From contig JBDLKA010000047.1 of assembly GCA_039714075.1 (NCBI GenBank), positions 1 to 25,390 on the forward strand: 25,390 nt of DNA. The letters are read 5' to 3'. The DNA comes from Candidatus Krumholzibacteriota bacterium (GTDB lineage: Bacteria > Krumholzibacteriota > Krumholzibacteriia > LZORAL124-64-63). Below are positions 1-7,708 of the stretch, in pieces (the first letter of the stretch is position 1; every line of letters starts with the position of its first letter). The notes under the pieces were generated by a model, which worked only from the letters and a program-made list of their open reading frames with translations, was not told the DNA's origin and did no database searches. A program made the translations under genes and the position numbers.

Positions 1-1
1 T

Positions 2-1315
2 CGTGAAGTGGAGCATCCTCGTTACCTGTGCAACCAGTGCCACTTCGAGGACGAGGTTGCCTATGAGCCCTACCGGGACACTTGCACCCTCGAAATCAAA
101 TACGATTACGGGTGGGTCAACTCCTGGTACACGGATTACGGCTATTATCCCGTCTACGCCAACCCGGTCTATGTCTACGTGGACCCGTGGACCTGGAGGC
201 CCTGGGTCAACTTCTGGTACTGGCCTTCCTATGTCTGCGCCCCGTATTACGGCTACGGATGGTACGGCCGCGGATGCTACTCATGGGGCTACTCCCCCTA
301 TTACGCGGGCAATTGCTACACCTACTACGACAACGGCAGCTACGGGAACCGCCGCTACAAACCCCTGACACAAGGGGGCGGCCGGGGCGGAGCCGTGACC
401 AAGACCAGGGAATATGCCTCGGTCAGCCGGATGGTCAGTTCCGATACACCCGATTCCCGCCAGCGGGATGCCATGAACAACCGGACGAGGATGTCCGATC
501 TGGACGACATCAAGGGTCGGTCCAGGAATCTGACCACCACCGGCGCCAGGGGTTCCAGCCGTGCGGACACCAAGGTCAATCCCCGTGAACGTACCCGGTT
601 TGATGATGGCGCCCGGGTGAGGGGTAATTCGGGTCTGCGAATCAGGGATGGCGGCACCACCGCATCCCGTTCACGAACCACCGGCGGCGCTGCCCGCAAC
701 CGGTCCACCGAGTCCGAATTCAGGCACCGGGCCGGCGGGGGCAGCACCAGGTCGGGGCTGGTTCCGGTGAACCGCGGCTCCGGCGGCACCTCCACCGTTC
801 GTGGGGGCTCGTCGAGCAGAACCGGCGGATCGGTCCAGGACCGCAAGGTCCAATCCCAATCCCGCTCCGGTCAGGCGACCAGTCAGCGGACCATCAAGCC
901 CGTCGAACCCAGGAAAAAGGGAACCCGGGTCTGGAATTCCGGCCGCTCCGGCCAGAGCAGTGACCGTAACGACCGGACCCGCCAGGTGCGTCCGGGGAGC
1001 AGCCGGTCCCGTGATTCGGGCAAGGTCAATCGTTCCAGGTCTTCCGGCAAGGTCAAGCCCAGTTCACGGAATCAGAAATCCAGCAGTTCCAAGTCCCGGG
1101 GCAGCACGGTGAAACCCAAGTCGGGGTCCTCCCGCAGTGAGGGGACCACCAAGCGCAGCTCCAGTTCCGTGGGCAACAAATCGAAATCGAACTCCGGCGG
1201 CAGCCGCAGTTCAGGCAGCAGCAGTGGCGGCAGCCGCAGTTCCGGCAAAAGCCGCAGCAGCGGGGGCGGATCCAAGGGAGGCAGCCGCGGGGGCGGCACC
1301 TCCGGCAGGAGATAG
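2..1315 (+). CDS. Partial (5'-truncated) hypothetical protein: CxxCH motif, Tyr/Trp/Pro/Gly-rich region, then a long Ser/Arg/Gly/Lys-rich low-complexity tail
   Basis: The frame is open from base 2 (cgt gaa gtg gag cat...) to TAG at 1313-1315. Translation includes PRYLCNQCH and YVDPWTWRPWVNFWYWPSY and ends GGSRGGGTSGRR. The GTG at 8 in the ORF track is probably internal. The architecture recalls DUF4384-type proteins of FCB/Gemmatimonadota (recollection only; the N-terminus is outside the window). Confidence 0.75.
   Translation, partial: REVEHPRYLCNQCHFEDEVAYEPYRDTCTLEIKYDYGWVNSWYTDYGYYPVYANPVYVYVDPWTWRPWVNFWYWPSYVCAPYYGYGWYGRGCYSWGYSPYYAGNCYTYYDNGSYGNRRYKPLTQGGGRGGAVTKTREYASVSRMVSSDTPDSRQRDAMNNRTRMSDLDDIKGRSRNLTTTGARGSSRADTKVNPRERTRFDDGARVRGNSGLRIRDGGTTASRSRTTGGAARNRSTESEFRHRAGGGSTRSGLVPVNRGSGGTSTVRGGSSSRTGGSVQDRKVQSQSRSGQATSQRTIKPVEPRKKGTRVWNSGRSGQSSDRNDRTRQVRPGSSRSRDSGKVNRSRSSGKVKPSSRNQKSSSSKSRGSTVKPKSGSSRSEGTTKRSSSSVGNKSKSNSGGSRSSGSSSGGSRSSGKSRSSGGGSKGGSRGGGTSGRR
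1196..1242 (+). repeat. 17-bp direct repeat (30-bp period) in the low-complexity tail
   Basis: GGCGGCAGCCGCAGTTC at 1196-1212 and 1226-1242, encoding GGSRSS twice. Confidence 0.85.
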
Positions 1316-1457
1316 GGTCCGGTCGGAAAATTCAGTTTGTTGTGTTGGTGGTTTCCCCCCATCACCCGTCGGCCGGTGAGAAACCGGATTCTCGAAGAGG
1401 TTGGCAGCCATACGGGAAAGGTAGCGAACCGACCGGACGGGGACACCGACACATGAC

Positions 1458-1525
1458 GGAGAGCCCGGCGAGGGAATGTCGATCAGGGGTGACAGGTACC
1501 GCGTTTGGGCTCTCCCGATTTTTTT
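1458..1525 (+). terminator. Possible intrinsic terminator-like stem with a large interior, followed by a U-tract
   Basis: GGAGAGCCC (1458-1466) is the reverse complement of GGGCTCTCC (1507-1515), and T7 follows at 1519-1525. The ~40-nt interior is atypical for a simple terminator. Confidence 0.45.
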
Positions 1526-1571
1526 GAGGCTCGTTGTCGAATAGGCGGATCTTCCGCTGGCGAGCCGGCAA

Positions 1572-1600
1572 TTGACCGTTGAACGGGTCCTCTATATAAT
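1572..1600 (+). promoter_or_regulatory. sigma70-type promoter for the M6-like/porV genes
   Basis: TTGACC (1572-1577), 17-bp spacer, TATAAT (1595-1600). This is a near-consensus match in a high-GC genome. Confidence 0.75.
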
Positions 1601-1676
1601 GCCCCGCGGATCTCTCCTGCTCACCCGCGGTGAGCGTTTTTCGACCGGTGGCATCCTCGAAAGGTTCGTTGACTCC

Positions 1677-4600
1677 ATGCGCATCAAGTCCCTAGCCGTT
1701 TTGATGGTGCTGGTGATATTTGTCTGGCTTCGGCCGGGTGGGGCTGCTTTGGCGGGGGAGACGTCGGCACCTGCTCGTGCGCTCCCGTTCCCCCAAAGCG
1801 CGGGGTCCGACGAGGCCCGGGTCAAGAACCTGCTCAATTCCAGAATCCGCCCGGTTTGTGATGATGGAGCGAAAGGCCTTCAGGGCCGTCGTCTGGCCGG
1901 GGAAAAGGCTCCCGCCACTTTGAACGCCATCGTCCTGATGTGTGATTTCTCGGACAGTCTCATGCTGGGCCGGCATGGCCAGGTGCCCGGCGATTTTCCC
2001 CCGCCCATGCAGACGGACCGGTATTACGCCGCCCACGATTCGGTTTTTTTCCAACATCTGCTGGGGGATGTGGCTGACTATTTTACCGAAGTCAGCGGAG
2101 GGCGCTTGACGGTCCATACCACCGTCCATCCCCGCACCGTGAACCTCCCGGACCCGATGTGGCATTACGGGAATCATCCCGACCTGGGGGAACAGCAGGT
2201 CATGCTGGCGGCCACGGTGGTGGACAGCCTGGATGAGGAAATCCATTTCCCCGACTACGACACGGTCGTCCTGGTCCATGCCGGGGCCGGAGAAGAGACC
2301 GACATCCTGGGCAACAGCCCCGAGCAGATCTTCAGTACCTACCTGGATCCCGACGATTTTTTCGGTGCCATGGAAGACAGTGTCCTGGACACGCCCTTCA
2401 TTCCGGCGGCCGGATACCCCGAGGGGATGGGGATCGACAGGGTGCTCGTACTCCCGGAGACCGAACAGCAGGACCCGGTCGGGACTTTCAACGGCGGCTT
2501 CGGCAGCCTCGGCGTCTATTGCTTCGAAGTCGGTCTGCACCTGGGGATGCTTTCCCTCAGCGACTTCACTCCCGCGGGCCGCCCCGACAGTCAGGGCATC
2601 GGCGAGTTCGGCCTGATGGGCTACGGGCTGTTCGTGGGGTTGGGGTTCATTCCTCCGCATCCTTGCGCCTACAACAAATACCTGATGGGCTGGCTGGATC
2701 CCTACGAACCGGAAATCATGACCGGCGGCAGTTTTGCCCTGACCCCGAGCGAAAGGCCCTCCGACGTTGCGGCCTGCGCCCGCGTCAACATCACCGGACA
2801 GGAATACTGGCTGCTGGAGTACCGGTTGCAGGATCCCAACGGCGACCGCCATTTCACTTTTTCCGGAGACCTGAACGGTAACGGGTTGCCTGATTTCTGG
2901 GATGCGGATTCGGAAAACAACGACGGCACCCCGACCGGCAAGTTCGATCCCGATACCGATACCAGGGAACGGGTGACCGACGCCGAGTGGGACTTTGCCA
3001 TGAGCGAGAACAGCGCGCGCCTGTTCGGCGAGTTGGCGGCCGGCAGCGGTGTGTATGTCTGGCATATCGACGAGGGCGTCATTCAGGATGTCTACGACGC
3101 CCCGGGAAACCTGTTCAACGCCGACCCCGCCCGGAAATCGGTGGACCTCGAAGAGGCCGATCAGATCCAGGATCTGGATTCCAGGGAACCGTCGGCCTAC
3201 ATGCTCGGCGGCGATGATGACAGTTTCCGGGCCGAGGACGCGGACCGGTTCGGCCCCCGGACCCTGCCGCCGACCGACACCGCGGGCGGGGCGAGAACGG
3301 GGATCGCCTTCAGCGAATTCAGCAAGGTGGTTCTGGATTCCCAGAGTTTCGTGATGGCGGTGGTGGAAACCGATACCTTCTGGGGTTACGAATACGCCGA
3401 CACGATGACCTTTACCCTGGCGGTCGCTATCGATCCCGGTACCGGACCGGTGCTGTCGGCGCGGCGCGACCTGCCGCCCGGCACGGACCTGACCGGGTCG
3501 CATGTCCTGATCGCTCCCCTGGATCCGGCGGGGTCCCAGGACCAGATCATCCTGGCGGGCCACCAGGGCGAAATCTTCGTGCTGGACGGCGAGCTGGACG
3601 AATTCCTGGATCATGACGGCGACCCCGCGACCCTGGAACCGTTCGCGACGGGAATACGGTCGGGGTCCGCTGTGAACTGGAACCTGCCGCCCGCCGCCGG
3701 CGACCTTGATCATGACGGGGAAACGGAAATCATCCTGACCGGGCCCCGGGGAATCTACGCTTTCAAGGCGGACGGCCAACCGGTGCGGAATGTCGAGGCC
3801 GGGGCGACCGGTTTGTATCAGGACCTGCCCGGGTGCACTCTGCCGCCGGTCCTGTTGCCGGCGACCCTCCAGATTCCTTCTGCGGATTCCCTTCACGTTT
3901 CGGCCTGTGTCGTGGTTCAACAGGCCGGTGAAACCGAAATAAGGGTTTTCGGGGGCCCCGACGCGGTTCCCGGTCCGGTTTTCCAACTGGGCCCGGTGGT
4001 GGTGCCGTCGGTTCCGGTGGTGGTCGGTGGATTCCTGGCCGTTGCCGTGGCGGACACCATCGGTGGTGATCACCGTCTGGTGGTCCTGAACCTGCATCCG
4101 ACGGCCATCCCTGAAGATCCGTTGCGCCTGGATCTTCCCTTGGCCCGCCGGCCGGGTTCCTTTCCGGTTTCCTGGGGTCTGACTCCCGAATCCACCGGTG
4201 AAGAGCCTGTATTCTACGCAATTGTCGTCGATCCGTCCGGTCACGGGGAAACGGTTTTCTTTGACGGCGAATTGCGCCGGACACGGGACAACATCGTCTG
4301 GAGCGAGGACCTGGAGATTCGGTCCCCCCTGGCGGTGGGCGGCGCCTTTGTGGGGCCCGAAAGCCTGGGGCGTGCCGGTTCCGGCGGCCAGTGGCTGAGC
4401 GGTTGGCCCCGGAGGCCCCTGACGGGTATTGCCCCTGCGGAAATACCGGCGGCGGGCTCGCCGCTGGTGGCCGAATTCGTGGACGCGTCCCATGCCCTGG
4501 ACCAGTATATCTTCCCGACCCGGGACGGCCGGCTGTTCGGGTTGGGTACCAAAGGGGAATGGGAGGCCGGTTGGCCGGCGGCCGGACCCGCCCAGGGGGC

Positions 4601-5141
4601 CGGCAGCCCCGCTCTGGGTCGTTTGACCGGGGATTCCCTCCTGGATCTGGCGGCGATCGGATCTTTTGAGCGTATTCAGGGTGTGGAGACCGACAGTACG
4701 GGCCTTGCTCTGGAATTCGTTTCCACGGTGGCCGTGTGGCGGGATGTGACCCACACCGGCGCCGTCTGGCCCATGGCGGGTGGATCTCCCTGGCGGAACG
4801 GTTTCTACGACGCGTCAGGCTGGACATCTCTTCCGGTCGTGGGGCAGGGTTCCGGTCTGGTGCCCGGCAGTCATTATTGTTATCCCAGCCCGCTCCTTTC
4901 CGGGCCGCTATATGTCAGCGGCCAGGTCAGGGCGCCGGGCCGGGCGCGGGCCTTCATCTACAACCTCGAGGGAGAGCAGATCCTGTCCACCGTGTGGCGG
5001 CAGGTGGCGGCCGTGGAACCGTTTGCGGTCGAAGTCCCCTTGGACGGAGTGACGACGGGTCTTTATCTTTGCCGACTCGTGGTCGAGTCGGACGGTGGCA
5101 CGACCGACAACAGCGTGGTGCAGTTTGCGGTCGTGCGTTGA
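1677..5141 (+). CDS. Secreted M6 (immune inhibitor A)-family metallopeptidase-like protein with FG-GAP-like repeats and a T9SS type A-like C-terminal domain; zinc motif degenerate
   Basis: ATG 1677 gives a signal peptide (MRIKSLAVLMVLVIFVWL...ALA); the TTG 1572 start coincides with the promoter -35. M6-like motifs: LMCDFSD, VHAGAGEE, GIGEFGLMGYG, PCAYNKYLMGW, YWLLEYR, GVYVWHIDE, VDLEEAD. Ca-binding-type motifs: DLNGNGLPD, GDLDHDGETEII. Tail: YCYPSP...FIYNLEGE...GLYLCRL. Confidence 0.8.
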   Translation: MRIKSLAVLMVLVIFVWLRPGGAALAGETSAPARALPFPQSAGSDEARVKNLLNSRIRPVCDDGAKGLQGRRLAGEKAPATLNAIVLMCDFSDSLMLGRHGQVPGDFPPPMQTDRYYAAHDSVFFQHLLGDVADYFTEVSGGRLTVHTTVHPRTVNLPDPMWHYGNHPDLGEQQVMLAATVVDSLDEEIHFPDYDTVVLVHAGAGEETDILGNSPEQIFSTYLDPDDFFGAMEDSVLDTPFIPAAGYPEGMGIDRVLVLPETEQQDPVGTFNGGFGSLGVYCFEVGLHLGMLSLSDFTPAGRPDSQGIGEFGLMGYGLFVGLGFIPPHPCAYNKYLMGWLDPYEPEIMTGGSFALTPSERPSDVAACARVNITGQEYWLLEYRLQDPNGDRHFTFSGDLNGNGLPDFWDADSENNDGTPTGKFDPDTDTRERVTDAEWDFAMSENSARLFGELAAGSGVYVWHIDEGVIQDVYDAPGNLFNADPARKSVDLEEADQIQDLDSREPSAYMLGGDDDSFRAEDADRFGPRTLPPTDTAGGARTGIAFSEFSKVVLDSQSFVMAVVETDTFWGYEYADTMTFTLAVAIDPGTGPVLSARRDLPPGTDLTGSHVLIAPLDPAGSQDQIILAGHQGEIFVLDGELDEFLDHDGDPATLEPFATGIRSGSAVNWNLPPAAGDLDHDGETEIILTGPRGIYAFKADGQPVRNVEAGATGLYQDLPGCTLPPVLLPATLQIPSADSLHVSACVVVQQAGETEIRVFGGPDAVPGPVFQLGPVVVPSVPVVVGGFLAVAVADTIGGDHRLVVLNLHPTAIPEDPLRLDLPLARRPGSFPVSWGLTPESTGEEPVFYAIVVDPSGHGETVFFDGELRRTRDNIVWSEDLEIRSPLAVGGAFVGPESLGRAGSGGQWLSGWPRRPLTGIAPAEIPAAGSPLVAEFVDASHALDQYIFPTRDGRLFGLGTKGEWEAGWPAAGPAQGAGSPALGRLTGDSLLDLAAIGSFERIQGVETDSTGLALEFVSTVAVWRDVTHTGAVWPMAGGSPWRNGFYDASGWTSLPVVGQGSGLVPGSHYCYPSPLLSGPLYVSGQVRAPGRARAFIYNLEGEQILSTVWRQVAAVEPFAVEVPLDGVTTGLYLCRLVVESDGGTTDNSVVQFAVVR

Positions 5142-5205
5142 CAGGATGTGAATTAACCGGGCCCGCCGGATCAAGGGGCCCCTGTTGAACAAGGAAAGGT
5201 TTTCC

Positions 5206-6144
5206 ATGGTTGGCAACATCAATTCGAAAATGATGATCCTGCCGGCAGTGTGCCTGCTGGCGCTCGCGGTGACCTCCGGCGCCTGGGCGGGCAACCCGGG
5301 CGACGCCGGGCTTTTGTCGCTGCGTATGGGCATCGGGGCACGCGAGGCGGCCATGGGAGAGACGGGAGTTGCCTCCAGCGAGGGGGCGGCGGCCGTTTTC
5401 TGGAATCCGGCCAACAATGTTTTTGCCGAATTCGAAACGGGTCTCGTTCTCCAGCATCACCGCTACCTGGGCCTGTTCAACCACGAGTCCGCCGCCGTGG
5501 CCCACCGGATGGGCGATGGGGTGCTGGGTGTCATCTTCATGGGATTCTATTCCGATGACCTGAACCGGTACGGGGCCGAACCGGTGGGGATTCCCGAGGG
5601 CACGTTCAAGCCTTATGACGTCGCCCTGGGTGTGTCCTATGCCCATCCCCTGGGTGAAAGTTTCGCCGCGGCGGTGACGGCCAAACTCCTTTACGAGAAG
5701 ATCGACATCTATTCGGACACGGGGTTCGCCTTTGATTTTTTCCTCACCCACAAGGCCATGATCGACGGTCTGGTTTTCGGCTTCAGCGCCACCAACCTGG
5801 GCGGCAAGCTGAACCTCAATGCCGAGCCCTTCCAGCTTCCCACGGCGGTCAGGGTGGGGGCGGCCTGGACTCCGGTGGATGATTTCTTCCAGGAAAAGCT
5901 GACGCTCGCCGGCGATGTCGTTTTTCCCAACGACACCAGGGAAAAGGCCCACGTCGGGGCCGAGTTCCGGATCATCCCCGAGTTTTCCCTGAGAGCGGGG
6001 ACGCGGATCAACTACACCAACCAGGGCCTGACTGCAGGGGCGGGCTTCCGGGCCGGTGCGCTGGGTGTTGATTACGCCTATGAGGAATCGACGGTCGAGG
6101 GCTTCGACGACGGGCACAAGTTCTCGCTCAACCTCGTCTGGTAG
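5206..6144 (+). CDS. PorV/PorQ (UPF0164)-family outer-membrane beta-barrel protein
   Basis: SD-like AAGGAAAGG at 5191-5199 precedes ATG 5206. There is a signal peptide, the family-typical LRMGIGAREAAMGE...AVFWNPA, TNLGG and QLPTAVRVG, and a C-terminal VDYAY...HKFSLNLVW ending in an aromatic residue (Bam signature). Confidence 0.85.
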   Translation: MVGNINSKMMILPAVCLLALAVTSGAWAGNPGDAGLLSLRMGIGAREAAMGETGVASSEGAAAVFWNPANNVFAEFETGLVLQHHRYLGLFNHESAAVAHRMGDGVLGVIFMGFYSDDLNRYGAEPVGIPEGTFKPYDVALGVSYAHPLGESFAAAVTAKLLYEKIDIYSDTGFAFDFFLTHKAMIDGLVFGFSATNLGGKLNLNAEPFQLPTAVRVGAAWTPVDDFFQEKLTLAGDVVFPNDTREKAHVGAEFRIIPEFSLRAGTRINYTNQGLTAGAGFRAGALGVDYAYEESTVEGFDDGHKFSLNLVW

Positions 6145-6165
6145 CCGGGCCGGCGGGGGCGGAGT

Positions 6166-6921
6166 CTAGAGGTCGGGAAGCGGATCGCGGGCGAAATCCA
6201 ACAGCCGGAAGCGGCCGCCCTGCAGCAGGCCGTATCCCAGGATGTCGAACCAGCCGGCCAGGGAGGCCATCTCCAGGCCGTCCGCTTCGATCAGGAAACC
6301 ATGGTGCACGTGCCCGCTGACGACCAGGTCCCAGTCGACCCGGCCCTGGCGAAGGAGCCACCTGCGGGCCCTGGCTTCGATCTTGGAGGCTTCGTCACGG
6401 GTGGCGGATCTGCTTTTTCCGCTGAGCCAGGAGCTGAAGGCGAACAGGATTTCCGGGTGGAGGGATTTGGCGAGAACAATTCCTGCCCGGGTGCGTACCA
6501 CGGCCCGGAAAGAGTTGTAGGCCCAGTCGAATTTCAACAGGCCGTCGCCATGGATCAGCAGAAGGCGCCGATCGCCGAAGGGTACGATTTCTGTTTCGCC
6601 CGCGGGGCTGCAGCCGTACCTTTGGTGCAGGTAGCCTGAAGCCCAGATGTCATGGTTGCCCCCGATGAAATGGATTATGGTTCCGGCGTCCCGGACCCGG
6701 TCCAGGGCCTGCAGGATGGATTCGTATCCGCGGAGCCGGAAGTGGGGGTAATCGAACCAGAAATCGAAGATATCGCCCAGCAGGATCAGATGATCGGCCC
6801 TGGCGGCCAGTTCGAGGAGCTCCAGGAAACGATCGACCCGGACCTGTTCGGCCTGATCGGGTTTCAGATGAAAATGGGAATCAGCCACGAAAATGGCTGT
6901 GGGTTGTTTTAAATCATTCAT
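6166..6921 (-). CDS. lpxH: UDP-2,3-diacylglucosamine diphosphatase (LpxH-like) calcineurin-like metallophosphoesterase
   Basis: Motifs ADSH, LGDIFDFW, GNHD, IHGDG and GHVH appear in the correct order, and the length is 251 aa. Confidence 0.75.
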   Translation of the reverse strand: MNDLKQPTAIFVADSHFHLKPDQAEQVRVDRFLELLELAARADHLILLGDIFDFWFDYPHFRLRGYESILQALDRVRDAGTIIHFIGGNHDIWASGYLHQRYGCSPAGETEIVPFGDRRLLLIHGDGLLKFDWAYNSFRAVVRTRAGIVLAKSLHPEILFAFSSWLSGKSRSATRDEASKIEARARRWLLRQGRVDWDLVVSGHVHHGFLIEADGLEMASLAGWFDILGYGLLQGGRFRLLDFARDPLPDL

Positions 6922-6983
6922 GCCGCATAATCTGCAGGATCATTGCGGCTGTGGCAACATGAATCGGGGCCTGCGCTTTTTTG

Positions 6984-7030
6984 GGTCACAGATAAGGTCC
7001 CGATATGGTCCAGAATTTGGTCCAGAATCG
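6984..7030. repeat. Four imperfect tandem 11-12 bp repeats in the divergent intergenic region
   Basis: GGTCACAGATAA / GGTCCCGATAT / GGTCCAGAATTT / GGTCCAGAATCG. TGGTCCAGAAT is exact at 7006-7016 and 7018-7028. Confidence 0.65.
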
Positions 7031-7063
7031 CCTTCGGCTGGAGGGCCGGACAAGGAGTAGATC

Positions 7064-7558
7064 ATGTCACTCTTCGACGATGTCAAAAAGAACCTGGTGG
7101 AATGGTACGGCATTTCCTCGGAAAAGACGGCCGAAGTGGCCCGGGTCACGACTCGCCGGTACGACAAGTTCGGCATCAGCCGGGACATTGAACGTCAATT
7201 CAGTGAATTGGGCAGTCTGGTCTACAATGGGCTGAAGGAAGGCCGGCAGGATCTGCAGGCCGATCCCGCGGTTCTCGCCCTTGCCGAGCGGATCAAGGGC
7301 CTCGAGGATGAATTGCGGGCCAAAAGCGAGGAAATAGAGGAAATCCAGCGGGAATACACGGAACGGCGTACCCGAACCGCCGAATCCGCCGCTGCCGGAG
7401 GAGCGGCCGAGGATACTGTCGTAACGCCGGAACCCATTCTCAGTCAACCTGTTCTGGACGAAGGTGGCGAGGAATCCGCTATCCTGGTGGAACCGGTGGT
7501 GGTGGACGTGGAGGATCCCGGCCTTGATGAATCTCCCAAGGAAGGAAATGGCGCGTAA
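7064..7558 (+). CDS. Hypothetical protein, N-terminal helical/coiled-coil region and acidic disordered tail
   Basis: A strong SD (AAGGAG) lies upstream of ATG 7064. The 164-aa product has a heptad-like LAERIKGLEDELRAKSEEIEEIQRE and a Glu/Pro-rich C-terminus. Confidence 0.8.
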   Translation: MSLFDDVKKNLVEWYGISSEKTAEVARVTTRRYDKFGISRDIERQFSELGSLVYNGLKEGRQDLQADPAVLALAERIKGLEDELRAKSEEIEEIQREYTERRTRTAESAAAGGAAEDTVVTPEPILSQPVLDEGGEESAILVEPVVVDVEDPGLDESPKEGNGA

Positions 7559-7578
7559 TTAAATCCTGAAAAACAGGG

Positions 7579-7607
7579 TTGACATTTACAGGGGTATCGA
7601 ATACGAT
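7579..7607 (+). promoter_or_regulatory. sigma70-type promoter for htrA
   Basis: TTGACA (7579-7584), 17-bp spacer, TACGAT (7602-7607), within an AT-rich patch. Confidence 0.7.
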
Positions 7608-7708
7608 TTTTATTGTTCCCTGTAACGCCCGGGTCTTCCTCCCCTCGGAATCCCCGGGAAGCATCGCTCCTTCACCGGTTTGCGATTAAAACGAACGGTG
7701 AAAACGTG

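Noticed and set aside
1019..1290. Short direct repeats as a CRISPR array or mobile-element ends
   Set aside because: They are in-frame coding repeats (GKV, GGSRSS) in a low-complexity tail, with no spacer pattern and no cas or transposase genes.
1316..1526. Assignment to SRP RNA, 6S RNA, tRNA or a known riboswitch
   Set aside because: I could not find the diagnostic motifs of these families on either strand by eye, so it is kept only as an unassigned candidate.
1572..1676. TTG 1572 start for the M6-like gene
   Set aside because: The TTG is the -35 box of a near-consensus promoter, and ATG 1677 yields a proper signal peptide.
2523..2546. Calling the M6-like gene a pseudogene
   Set aside because: The frame is intact over more than 1150 codons, with a promoter, signal peptide and conserved flanking motifs. 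Only the metal ligands differ.
1692..4754. 1020-aa antisense ORF
   Set aside because: It lies wholly opposite the M6-like gene, codon-for-codon, and has no recognisable motifs. This is the typical stop-poor shadow frame of high-GC3 genes.
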